A DNA stretch of 63,179 nt, counting the filler, from Octopus bimaculoides (taxonomy: Eukaryota), in assembly GCF_001194135.2 (NCBI RefSeq). It is 4 parts of 4 records of this genome, joined end to end, with 100 filler letters (N's around TTAATTAATTAA, not from the genome) between each part and the next. Parts side by side here need not be neighbours in the genome. Positions count along the whole stretch, not along the records: positions 31,791 to 44,060 come from NC_068988.1; positions 44,161 to 55,632 come from NC_068992.1; 2 more parts are not named here. One strand, given 5' to 3'. The position numbers and the translations under genes are program-made. Positions 38,798 to 50,529 of the stretch are shown piece by piece. Each line of letters starts with the position of its first letter. The first letter of the stretch is position 1. The notes under the pieces were generated by a model. The model made no database searches. It was not told the DNA's origin and saw only the letters and a list, made by a program, of their open reading frames with translations.

Positions 38798-39060
38798 ATA
38801 TATATGATACTGGTAGTAGTGGTTTAACTCCTAACAGTGATTCTGAAAATTGTAAGTATGAGGGAATGGATGACATCGTAGATACTACTGAGGAACAAGT
38901 CTCAACTAGTAACAATCCAGTCAGCATAGATAAAAGACCCAATAAACGGCAGATGAAGTAGCAAGTATATTAAATGCAACCTTTATTGGTTGATGGCATA
39001 ATTCTAATGATATAATCTAACGCACATATATATATATATACGTGTGTGTGNNNNNNNNNN

Positions 39061-39091
<31 letters not shown>

Positions 39092-39290
39092 TGTGTGTGC
39101 TTGTGTGTGTCTATGTGTCTGTGTTTGTATGTTAGAGTATGGGTGTTGGGGAGTATATGTATAGATATGTGTGCGTATGCATGTGTCTGTGAGTGTATGT
39201 GCGTGTGTGCGTGTGTGCGTGCGTGTGTGTGTGTGTATGTGTGTGTGTCGGTGTGTATGTGTGTGTTTGCGTGTGTGTGTGTATGTGTGT

Positions 39291-39322
<32 letters not shown>

Positions 39323-39782
39323 TTGTACTGTATAACTGCATGTATGTATATTGAAAAAAAAACATATGTGAATGTATGAGGTGTGTCTGAACAAAATCTA
39401 TGATGTAAAATGTTTTTAGTCGGATGCTAACGTTTAATATAATATTACTATAGACATTTATATATGCGGAATTATAATGGAATGTATACCTTAATTATAG
39501 TTGAAAAATTGTCTTGAGGCAATAAAATATAAATATTCCTTTTAATGTGTAAGTGTCCGTCTGTCAGCGTGTGTGTTTTCATTACAAGCTTTGATGTCTG
39601 CTAAATTATGCATTTATATATGTATCCGTGTAACAGAAAAATAAAATGCGATAAATAACGGATAAGTGCAGAAGACAGTTAATAATTGGAGCACATGTAT
39701 TTTAAAGATAGCGAACATATAGAATTCATGTATAAATACTTGAATTCAAATGTATGTGCAAACGATGTATATTAACACATCA

Positions 39783-39854
<72 letters not shown>

Positions 39855-40762
39855 GTGCAAAGACAACACACATATATATGCATATGCCTATATCATGAAA
39901 TCCGATATGTGATATTAGAAATGATGCTTAAAACTGTTGCATCCTCTTCTTAAAGGCTATGGACATATCTATTGCTTTAAAATTATTTTATTAATTTGTA
40001 ACTTAAAAATTAAGAACATATACTTGTAAATAAGCTGAAGGTATTTTGTTATAATATCTATAGCATTTTTTATCTTTAGCATTTACTTGCATACATGGTA
40101 ATTATACCAAAGTCACATGCATGCAGGTCTTCATATTTTAAATAGTGATATTAACTTTTTTGTTCCATCATTATTCAGAATTACATGCGATGAAGTATGC
40201 TGTTACTTTTTGTGTACAAAAGTCACACGATTTTTATTGAGATAAATTAAAATAAAATGCATGCATGTATATTCATTTGAACTACTGTCATCGGAATGTG
40301 TGTGCTGTATCTCAAAAAAATTACATTTGGAATAAATAATTTTCTAAGTATTTTTAAACGCTTTTCAGTCGGATTTAGTGCAATAATACTATAATACTAA
40401 AGATTTTTATACATGCAATATTATATTGGAATATATATGTTGGATATAGAAGAGAAATTGTCTGCTGGGAATAAAATTCTAATTCTAATTTTAATGTGCA
40501 AGTATCCGTCTGTATGTGTGCGTAGTTTCATAATAAGCTTTCATGCTTACTAAATTATGCATTTATATATGTATCAGTGTAAGAGAAACATTAAATGCAA
40601 TAAATAACGGATAAGTGGAGAAGACAGTTACTAATCGGAGGACATTTATTTTAAATTTAGTGTAAATGTTGATTTCATATATAAATTCCTGAATTCAAAT
40701 GTAGATACATGTTATGTACACCAACGCATCATAGATACGCAATGACATTCATGTATGTGTTT

Positions 40763-40846
<84 letters not shown>

Positions 40847-42559
40847 ACACTCATTCATATATATATGTCTATATCTATAATATATACATAAATATAAATT
40901 GGACATGGGCGAGCGTTCTATTCTTTCTTGTCTTGAGGTTCACAGTCAAACGGCTGGGTGGATTCACGTGAAAAATGGCACACATGTGGAGACGGGTGCA
41001 TGGATTGGAATGCGGTTTGTATGTTTTCCTAGACCCCACTATAGTTACCGAGAAAATCGATTAAAAACAACCTGCGTGGGTGCGTGTGTCACTAAAGCCA
41101 TTCGTACACACATACATAACCACTCTCTCTCGCTCTCTCTCTCTCGCTTTTCCTCTGTCAATCACTCACACATTCACTCACTACAAAAAAAAATAATTAA
41201 AAAATTTCAGTTAACTCTCTCTCTCTNNNNNNNNNNNNNNNNNNNNNNNNNNNNNNNNNNNNNNNNNNNNNNNNNNNNNNNNNNNNNNNNNNNNNNNNNN
41301 NNNNNNNNNNNNNNNNNNNACACACACACACACACACACAAACACACACGTACGCACATCAAATATTCCGCCTCATGCCAACTTCAAAGAACTTCACACA
41401 TACAACCGCGCTCTCGCTGTCTCTTTCGCTTTCCCGCCGACCTCAAAAGATGCCCTTTCCCTCCAACGAATATTAAAATAAAATAATTAAAAAATTAAGG
41501 AAACCGACGGTCATCTTCAAAAATATAAATAAAAATATGTGACTTATAAGTGGTTTGTAAGTGACAGTCTTGTGTTCCCATATCGAAAATCGCCCTATAT
41601 TTTAATGATTAGACAGAGGTCCAATAGAATAGCTCTCTACGTACAAATTCGGTCTTCACAACTCCTGAAGCTGTTTTCTAACAAAAGTGGGGGGTGGGAG
41701 TCAGGAAATTTTCATACAACTGGAGGCTCCAATCGAAACAGCGGACCCGAAATGTTAAGTTTGAGAAACGCTGTTATAGATTATGCCAAACCGAAAACGA
41801 TAACGATAACATCATCCAAACAGACCGAGTGAAACCGAACTTAGCTGCTAGTATATATATATATACATATATATTGAGGAAACAGGGAGGACACGAGAAT
41901 TCTGGAAAAAACATTTTTCTTCATTCATTATTATTAACACTTTTGTTCGTCTTCGAACTCGTCAAATAATTTATAAATGTGTAAACAGTTCGTTCATTTA
42001 TAGAAATCATTTTTTTTTTAATTTTGTTTTTGTGTTTTTGTTTGTTTTGATGGGTATGGTGCCAGGACAATAGATAGATATATATATATATATATATATA
42101 TATAGATAGGAAGACAGATATATAAAAAGATAGATAGATAGATATACAGTTATATCGACAAACAAATATATCGGTAGAGAGTGAGAGAAGGGAGGAATTA
42201 CTTTTCAATTTTGAATGTATTTACCATTTATTTCGATTATTCATTTCAGTTTCCTACCAGTGTACAACTATTGACATGAGTTAATCGATGGTGTCCTCTC
42301 CAAGATGTCGGTTTTAGGATGGGGAAAATAATGATAAAAGAATGAGGTGCAGTCCTCATTAGAAACATACTTTTTTTGTTTTTCTTAAGGTGCTAGAGGA
42401 AGATAAGGGAACTTATGATGAAATAAATGTATATGTTTGTGGGTGCGCACGCGCGTGTATGTATTTGTGTGTGTGAATGCGTTTTTCATTTTGGGGCTTT
42501 CTAGGGCTAAGTTCGATTTTATGCCATGAAAGACGATTGTTATTCAAAGGACTGTGTGC

Positions 42560-42990
42560 GTTAACAAACGGAATCGTGTGTTCATTACATTTTTTCCTTG
42601 GTGTTCAGTTTCATCACCTTTTTAATTCCCTCATTAATTAATGCTAAGGGCTATTTCTGTATTGTGAGGAGGACTTTGAACTCGTTGAGTCGGATTTCCT
42701 GTATTTTGGGGGTCAGTCACTATAACACAGATACTCTAAACATGCTGTATGGGATGTTCCTTTTGATGGGAGATGGTTGGCAAGAGTAGAAATTTAAATG
42801 TTGGCGTGTGTTAGATGTTTTGTAAAACATGTCTGTTATGATTATAGAGATCTGTATCTTTATATGGATATCCAGGAATGGTAATTCATTGTAACTGGAT
42901 TTTGTCATGAATTTGGTAGATGGGTGTAGTGCATTCAGTATATTGTTAAATATAATAAGGTCCTCATTTCATCTGTCCCAAAAAGACGAA
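42560..42990 (-). mobile_element. Neptune-like PLE fragment (RT palm-thumb)
   Basis: NNILNALHPSTKF..SYNELPFLDIHI..TDMFYK..TRQHLNFYSCQP..KRNIPYS. Confidence 0.85.
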
Positions 42991-43229
42991 GCAAAAGATG
43001 AAACAAAACTATTGATTTATATTAATGAACAACAACATTGCACATACAATAGCATTTGACAAATTTGAAGACGAGAGTCTGGCGTGCTCCGTTTTACTCA
43101 ATATTTAATATCTCTACACCACTTCTAACATTCTATACATACATACATACATATATATNNNNNNNNNNNNNNNNNNNNNNNNNNNNNNNNNNNNNNNNNN
43201 NNNNNNNNNNNATATATATATATATATAT

Positions 43230-44060
43230 AAATCGTGCCATCCACCCCATACAAAACGCAACATTCCATACTGCCTAGCCAGGAGAATATGTACTGAAAG
43301 AATTTCTGCTAAAGCAAAAGTACCCATCACTACTCATAGAAAATGGTATTCAGCGGACTTCGAAAATACCCATACAACAACTGAGGACACCACAAAGAAG
43401 AGACAAACAGGAAAAGATCATTCCATTTATAGTGACACAAAATCCATGCCACCAGAACATCTTTAATATCGCCAAAGCGAACTTACCGATCCTTGCACAA
43501 GGTAAGGAATTGAGAAATATCATTACAGGTCAAAATATAATTCTCAGTAAGAGACAACATAAACACTTGAAAAAGCTATTAACAAAGGCAAGGTTTGACC
43601 TCAGCAACAAAAATCAAGCATTCACTGTATCCAAATGCAATGATAGTCGATGTGGTACATGCCGATCAATTCATACCGGCCCATATATGAACACAAAAAC
43701 AGGGAAAATATTATATTCACCATTGCGAACATGAACTGCAAAAGTAGAAATCTAATCTACTGCATCAAATGCCCTAATTGTGAAGAACTGTACGTTAGCC
43801 AGACAGGTAATGCACTATCGGAACGCTCACGGGTGCATCGACAACAGATTAAAAACCCAGAAGTCCGCCAAATACGACTGAGTAACCATCTGGCAACATG
43901 TGGTCATCAAACTTTTATTATATTTCCATTCCATAAACTTTACAACCGGAATGAAATTGAGAGAAAATGCAAAGAAAAGGATCTTATTAAGAAATTCAAA
44001 CCTACTCTTAACAAACAATGATTAAATTTATCCTACTTGGGGTTTAAAAATCTTATCCCT
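43230..44060 (+). mobile_element. Neptune-like PLE fragment (thumb, Cys linker, GIY-YIG endonuclease)
   Basis: SCHPPHTKRNIPYCLARRIC; SKCNDSRCGTC linker; NCKSRNLIYCIKCPNCEELYVSQTG..ERSRVHRQQI..SNHL..C..KEKDLIKKFKPTLN. Confidence 0.9.
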
Positions 44061-44378
44061 NNNNNNNNNNNNNNNNNNNNNNNNNNNNNNNNNNNNNNNN
44101 NNNNTTAATTAATTAANNNNNNNNNNNNNNNNNNNNNNNNNNNNNNNNNNNNNNNNNNNNGACACAGTTTAGGGCAGCTATGTCAAATTCTCTTATACAC
44201 CAGATGTGCCATCAAAACTCTTGATTGGACTATATCAGGTGCAGGAGAAGAGCCATGCAAGGAACGTGAAGAGAGCAAAGCATAAAGACAGAAAATCACG
44301 GTGGTGCTCCAGCATGACCACAGCCACTTGGCTGAAACCCATAAATAAATAAATAAATAAATATATTTTATGGAAAGA

Positions 44379-44427
44379 GTCTTACAGCTGTTTCTGGGAA
44401 GATCCAGTACTTCCCTTCATTGGAGAC
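44379..44427 (-). ncRNA. minimal type-I hammerhead-ribozyme-like motif in the PLE pseudo-LTR (variant core)
   Basis: GTCT-CCAATGA-A-GGGAAG tactggat CTTCCC-A-GAAA-C AGCT G-TA-AGAC: stem I 4 bp, stem II 6 bp, palindromic stem III, GUA site. Confidence 0.55.
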
Positions 44428-47400
44428 AAAAATAGTAAAGGAATCGATTATTATATCCATAGGCGTAGACTTATAGTATGAAGTGAGAGTGAATGTGATG
44501 CGCTGAAAAAAGAAAGAAAGAGAGAACAGTACCTGGAGTGTAGTTTCATTCCAGTAGTAAGTATCCGTGTAAAGTAATCCTTGTGGAAATTTTCCGGAAA
44601 TAGTTGCTGCAGCAGCAAAGGCTGAGATAGCAAAGGTGTATACATGCCATACTGTGTCCGAGGTACTTTGCTTGTGTTTACTTGAAGGATGCCCAGGTCA
44701 AGTGAGAAATGTGCGTAGGGTAAGTAGGTCAAGTCTTGAAGACAGAGTGGGAAGGGGATAGAGGAAAGATTCAGGTGGAGAATGGTAGTGGTATATTTTT
44801 ATGGTCAGTTGATCTGACTGGATAGAGAGGATGAGTATAGTGAGGGAAGGAGGAAGGGGGGATGAGGTTAAAAGGTTTAGTGAGGAGGAAGGAATGCGCA
44901 GAGGTAGTATATAGGTGGTGGGGGTATGGGTGACAAACCAAGGTCAGTAATAAAGAAAAAGAGGAATGAGATAGGTAGTTGGTAGTATCATATTCTAAAA
45001 GATAGCTAGACCAATTTACAGACGGTGGAATTGGGATTGAAAGTAACCAAGCAGCTTGTATGTGGTGGTGGTGTTATTGTCAAGTAGAGTGTAGAGGAGG
45101 TAGATTTGGGAATATATATATAGTGGTGATAGGATCGAAAAAGAAGTGAGTCTATTCAAAAGATGGTAAAAAGATGGATGGTTTTGCCAGGTTGAATAGG
45201 TTGCCTATGGGGAGCCGTGCGATTATGTTGCGTGATCGTTTGTGCACTTTTGTTTGTGATAAAATTCAAAGGTATGGAAAGAACAGTGATTGCAGTTGCT
45301 AAATGCTTCATTATATCGATTAAGTAGAGAGGGAGAATTGTATTTTAAAATATGGAATGCCTCCTTTAGGCAAAGCTTGCAGTTGGAGCGCTGGCCCTGG
45401 TATGGAGTTCCAGAATCTAAGATGGACCATTTTAAAGTATATTGGGTATTTGTGCTTTTGAGGTGATGAATGTGATTGGCTAATGTTGTAGATTTACTGT
45501 TTGTCATATCTAAAAGAGTGCAAATGGGCTGCGTAGCGATGTTTGAAGTTTTTAGTTGTACCTATGTATGTAGCAGTAGAGTTATGTAATAGATTTCTCA
45601 CGGTGCATTTATATATTACGTTGTATCTTATGCAATGTGTTTGAAGCGGGCAGATAGTCCCGGAGCGACAGTTACAAGTATAGAAGGCTTGAGGGTTGCG
45701 TCTGTTGGTGGGTGAGGNNNNNNNNNNNNNNNNNNNNNNNNNNNNNNNNNNNNNNNNNNNNNNNNNNNNNNNNNNNNNNNNNNNNNNNNNNNNNNNNNNN
45801 NNNNNNNNNNNNNNNNNNNNNNNNNNNNNNNNNNNNNNNNNNNNNNNNNNNNNNNNNNNNNNNNNNNNNNNNNNNNNNNNNNNNNNNNNNNNNNNNNNNN
45901 NNNNNNNNNNNNNNNNNNNNNNNNNNNNNNNNNNNNNNNNNNNNNNNNNNNNNNNNNNNNNNNNNNNNNNNNNNNNNNNNNNNNNNNNNNNNNNNNNNNN
46001 NNNNNNNNNNNNNNNNNNNNNNNNNNNNNNNNNNNNNNNNNNNNNNNNNNNNNNNNNNNNNNNNNNNNNNNNNNNNNNNNNNNNNNNNNNNNNNNNNNNN
46101 NNNNNNNNNNNNNNNNNNNNNNNNNNNNNNNNNNNNNNNNNNNNNNNNNNNNNNNNNNNNNNNNNNNNNNNNNNNNNNNNNNNNNNNNNNNNNNNNNNNN
46201 NNNNNNNNNNNNNNNNNNNNNNNNNNNNNNNNNNNNNNNNNNNNNNNNNNNNNNNNNNNNNNNNNNNNNNNNNNNNNNNNNNNNNNNNNNNNNNNNNNNN
46301 NNNNNNNNNNNNNNNNNNNNNNNNNNNNNNNNNNNNNNNNNNNNNNNNNNNNNNNNNNNNNNNNNNNNNNNNNNNNNNNNNNNNNNNNNNNNNNNATTAT
46401 GTTATCGAAAGTAGATCTGTGATGATTAGAGTGAATATTGAAGTATTTTAGGTACTGGTTGGGTTTATGATAGGGGGAGTGCTGCGAGTTAGATAGGTTC
46501 AGAGAGACGTCCAAGAAGTTAGCCGTTTTATACGCGTTTTCGAATGTTATTGATAGATTCATACTTGAGAAGAATTTGTGTAGATCCTTTTTTGTCCTTT
46601 CTATGGAAGATTTATTAGTAGCCTTGGTAATAAGTAAAGCATCGTCTCTATATAGACCGCCATGGATGTTAGGGAAGTGTGATTTTAATTGGTGGAGTAT
46701 ATACAATCCAACTAAATCCGTGGCCTGAGCAGAATCGGAAGATCCCATGGTTACATCAAATAATTTGTTAGAGCTATTAGTATGTTGATTAGCTCGGAAC
46801 CAGAGCTTGTTTTCGAAAGCTATAAGAGTTTTGTGAGCATTGATTATAATGTTAATTTCTAAAGGGGTTATGCTAGTAAGATTCCTGGCGAAGAGAATAG
46901 CCTTATTTAAAAGCTTAGGAGATATAGAGGAGTAATAATTGTTGATATCGAATTGTAGGAACGAGAAGGAGTTTTTGCTCTCCAAGGTGTGGAACCATGC
47001 AATGACCTCCCCGGTGTGGTACCATAGATTTGCATGTAGTTTCTCTTTGACGATTGGTATTATCTTGTCTAAAATATTCTTGCTAATTCTTCCGAGGTCT
47101 GATTTTGTAGGGCATATTAAACGAATAGATGGTTTTGTAATGAAATCCTTCTTGTGGTCCTTGAGGTTGAAGTGTGGAGGTGTGGGGCAGTACGGTTCTG
47201 TTCTGTCATCCACGTTTAACCTCCTCATGATTTTGCAGTGGCTGATGTTGACCTCGTTTAAGGCAGATGTTGATGCCAGCTTGTAGGACCTGTTTAATTT
47301 GTTCCTAATGAATTTGATGTATTCCTCTACTGTGATGGGATATAAATTTCCTGTTTTGTCCGAAAGTATATGCAATTTGGGGGAATTAGAAATTCTTTTT

Positions 47401-47738
47401 ATGGTCTGTGATAGCTTTTTTTGAAAGTTTGAATTGGATTTAGAGAATTTAATGTTTTTTATTAAATCAATCATTTCTCACTTGACCTGGGCATCCTTCA
47501 AGTAAACACAAGCAAAGTACCTCGGACACAATATGGCATATATACACCTTTGCTATCTCAGCCTTTGCTGCAGCAACTATTTCCGGAAAATTCCCACAAG
47601 GATTACTTTACACGGAATGAAACTACACTCCAAGTACTGTTCTTTCTTTCTTTCTTTTTTCAGCGCATCACACTCACTCTCACTTCATACTATAACTCTA
47701 CGCCTATGGATATAATAATCGATTCCTTTACTATTTTT

Positions 47739-47787
47739 GTCTCCAATGAAGAGAAGTACTGGATCTTCCCAGAAACAGCTGTAAGAC
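47739..47787 (+). ncRNA. second copy of the hammerhead-like motif (inverted pseudo-LTR)
   Basis: Same fold; one stem II mismatch (GAGAAG/CTTCCC). Confidence 0.5.
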
Positions 47788-47846
47788 TCTATCCATAAAA
47801 TATATTTCCAACTTTACCATTGCTCTCTTTATCTTTTTATATATTT

Positions 47847-47937
<91 letters not shown>

Positions 47938-49041
47938 ACACATATGCACCAGCATAGGTACACAGGAGCACAAGTACATTATATATAATGTAGAAGTAGG
48001 GGTGGTTACGAATTGCTAGGAAAACGTGCAGAAGAAAGATGCATAGCTATCGTGGAGATGGTGAGGGCATGGGGAGGGAGTAGAAACAGGAGATAAAATG
48101 ACAACTTATTTAGTAATTATTATGAGAATACATAATTCGTAATTGTCTGATGCTAAATGGAGACTCCCAAGAATATTTATTAACTAAAATGGCAATCGCC
48201 AAAAACAGTATACAACTATTTCACACTATATACAAGAACCAACAAATTAACAACATATTACCATTGTATTTTAAGTCTAAAGGAAGGGTAGAAGCTAGAG
48301 ATTACATGTTACAAAACAGAATTTAAAACTTAAAAGATCTTTTTCATTTTGCCAATATAAAATGACAAAAATGACATTTATATGTTAGGTATGGTTTGTG
48401 TAGTTAAGAAGTCACCTTTGCTACCACAGGATTCCAGGTTCATTCCCATCGCATAGTACACTGGGCAAGCTTCTTCTAATACAGTTCTGAGCAAACCAAA
48501 TGCCTTGTTAGTGAATTTGGTAGATGGTATGTGGTGTGTGTGTGTGTGCATGTATAGATATATATATACATTCATACACAGGGTGTTTGGGCCAAATTTG
48601 ATTATTTTTTCATGTTTCCTTTTTGCAGGGACAACTTGATTTATTGGAGAACAGTCAACACTGATGAGAGTATAAAGATTAAAGCTGCGGTTGAGAAAAG
48701 TTAGCTGACATGGAGGACTGGAAGCCATCTGAGTGTAGGAAAGAAGTTACCTGTACATGATGATTTGCGCTGAGTATCAAAATGCAACATCACAACTGCT
48801 GCTCAATGATCTGTGAACACTTTAAATGCTGTAAGACATGACATTTACAGCTGCAACAGAGACGACAAAGTGGTGGCCAGTATGAAAGGACACAGGAGGT
48901 ATTCTAACTGTGTCCATATATATATTGTTGTATCTTGGAAGGGTCATTACATCAATAATAATAACCTACTGGTTCAATATCACTTCTTTATTGTTAGTTA
49001 ATTGGCTAAATATCTAACCAACTAACTAATTGACTGTTTGG

Positions 49042-49566
49042 TTAGCATTCAAACTGGCCAACTCCAGCCAAAATAATCTCCGCTTTATTTGTTCAAATCA
49101 GCCATAACCAGCTGTAATCAACTTCTGTATGAAATTGCTAAAAAACATACACAATCATGTTATTGAATTCTCATAGCTTTGTGACAATGCAAGATAAAGC
49201 CTTTCTGCCTTTACTCAAATATAAATACTGTGAAAGTTTTTAGACCGCATGATTTTTTCAACATTGGAAGTGAAGTGTGTCTATATGGCGTCAGCAAGTA
49301 GAAATTCTGAATTTGAAGGTTTTATACTTGATGATATACAAAATGTAAAAAAAAAAAAAAAATAGTGATTTGTCTTCAGATGAATCTGATATTGATATTA
49401 ATGAATTTTCATCATCAGATGATGAAGATTTCGTCAGTGAGAGTGAAGAAAATGACAACATTCAAAACATTACAGCAACATAGTTGAAAGTTACATCAAC
49501 CACAATTCCAGGTTCCACAGAAAAGACTGGTCCATAACACAATTTACCTCCTGATGCTCAACCCTT
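49042..49566 (+). mobile_element. piggyBac-like left end plus decayed transposase N-terminus
   Basis: ttagcattcaaactggcc.. terminus shared with the 2.8-kb MITE. From ATG 49285: MASASRNSEFEGFILDD..SDLSSDESDIDINEFSSSDDEDF..TEKTGP*HNLPPDAQP, resembling acidic piggyBac N-termini followed by GP...P. Confidence 0.5.
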
Positions 49567-49567
49567 G

Positions 49568-49840
49568 GGTTCATCATCATCATCATTTAATGACCATTGT
49601 CCATGCTGGCATGGGTTGGATGGTTTGACTAGGGCTGGCAAGCAGAGAGACTGCATCAGACTACAGTCTGATTTGGCATGGTTTCTATGGCTGGGTGCCT
49701 TTCCTAACACCAACTACTCTGAGAGTGTAATGGGTGCTTTTATATGCCACTTGCATGACACCAGTATCTGCCAAGACTGATTTTACTTGGCTTGATGGGT
49801 CTTCTTCTGAAGCACAGCATAATGCCAAAGGTCTTGGTCA
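49568..49840 (-). mobile_element. family C copy
   Basis: (CAT)n..ccatgctggcatgggttggatgg..ctttcctaacaccaactactctgagagtg. Confidence 0.85.
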
Positions 49841-50513
49841 GGTCAAACTAAAGTGTTTGACCTGAGCAAAAAAAGAAATTAAAAACTAGTGTAATAGGTG
49901 TAAAACAACGTGCTGTAAATGAATATGAAAAAAAGATGCAAACTCATGAACGAAGGGGGGGGGGACTCGGAAAATGCACATAATCAGACCATGACCTTTA
50001 AACTCTCGTGTTTGACCCAAGTAAAAAACAAAAAAAATTAATTAGTGTAATAGATGCAAAACAACATGCTGTAAACGAATATGAAAAAAATGCACACTCG
50101 TGAACAGAGGGGGGGGGGACTTGGAAAAGTCACATCATTAGACCATGACCTTTAAACTCTAGTGTTTGACCTGAGCACAAAAACAATTAAAAATTAGTGT
50201 AATAGGTGTAAAACAACTTGGTGTAAACAAATATGGAAAAAAAATGTGCATTCGCGAATGAGGTGGGGTGGGGGAGAGGACTCGGAAAGTTCACATCGTG
50301 AATGTTGCAAGTTGTCTCACCACAGTCCTCCCCCAAATAGTGTGATAGGTGTAAAACAACTTGCTGTAAACAAATATGAAAAAAATATGCACACTCGTGA
50401 ATGGAGGTGGGGGGGACTTAGAAAATTCACGTCGTCAGACATTGACCTTTAAACTTCAGTGTTTGACCCGAGCAAAAAAAGACTTAAAAATTAGTGTAAT
50501 AGATGTACAACAA
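49841..50513. repeat. ~155-bp tandem array, ~4.3 diverged units
   Basis: The marker gtgtttgacc occurs at 49853, 50008, 50162 and 50459; each unit has tgtaatag.tgtaaaacaac..gctgtaaac.aatatgaaaaaa and a G-run before actcggaaa. Confidence 0.9.
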
Positions 50514-50515
50514 AT

Positions 50516-50529
50516 GAGGCATTTGGCTA
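50516..50529 (-). other. 14-bp exact 28S rRNA R2-target fragment (TAGCCAAATGCCTC) at the R2 3' junction
   Basis: Plus strand gaggcatttggcta is the reverse complement of the conserved 28S sequence immediately 3' of the R2 nick (..TTAAGG^TAGCCAAATGCCTC). Confidence 0.88.

Larger units (their letters stand above)
44359..47807 (-). mobile_element. 5'-truncated PLE (RT + C-terminal GIY-YIG, CxC-x5-CPL linker; Nematis/Hydra-like group, clade unverified) with inverted terminal repeats
   Basis: ORF from 47474: LKDHK..KPSIRLICP.KSDLGRISK, FLQFDINNYYSSI, FDVTMGS, GLYRDD, NFLDVSL..KPN. After the gap: CNCRSGTICPLQTHC..VIYKC..TYIGTTKNFKHRYAAH, CKLCLKE..LLNR.NE..CNH. Inverted repeats at 44359-44711 and 47472-47807. 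Confidence 0.93.

Noticed and set aside
45696-46451. Long ORFs of 236-251 aa on the plus strand
   Set aside because: Almost entirely N-gap read-through.
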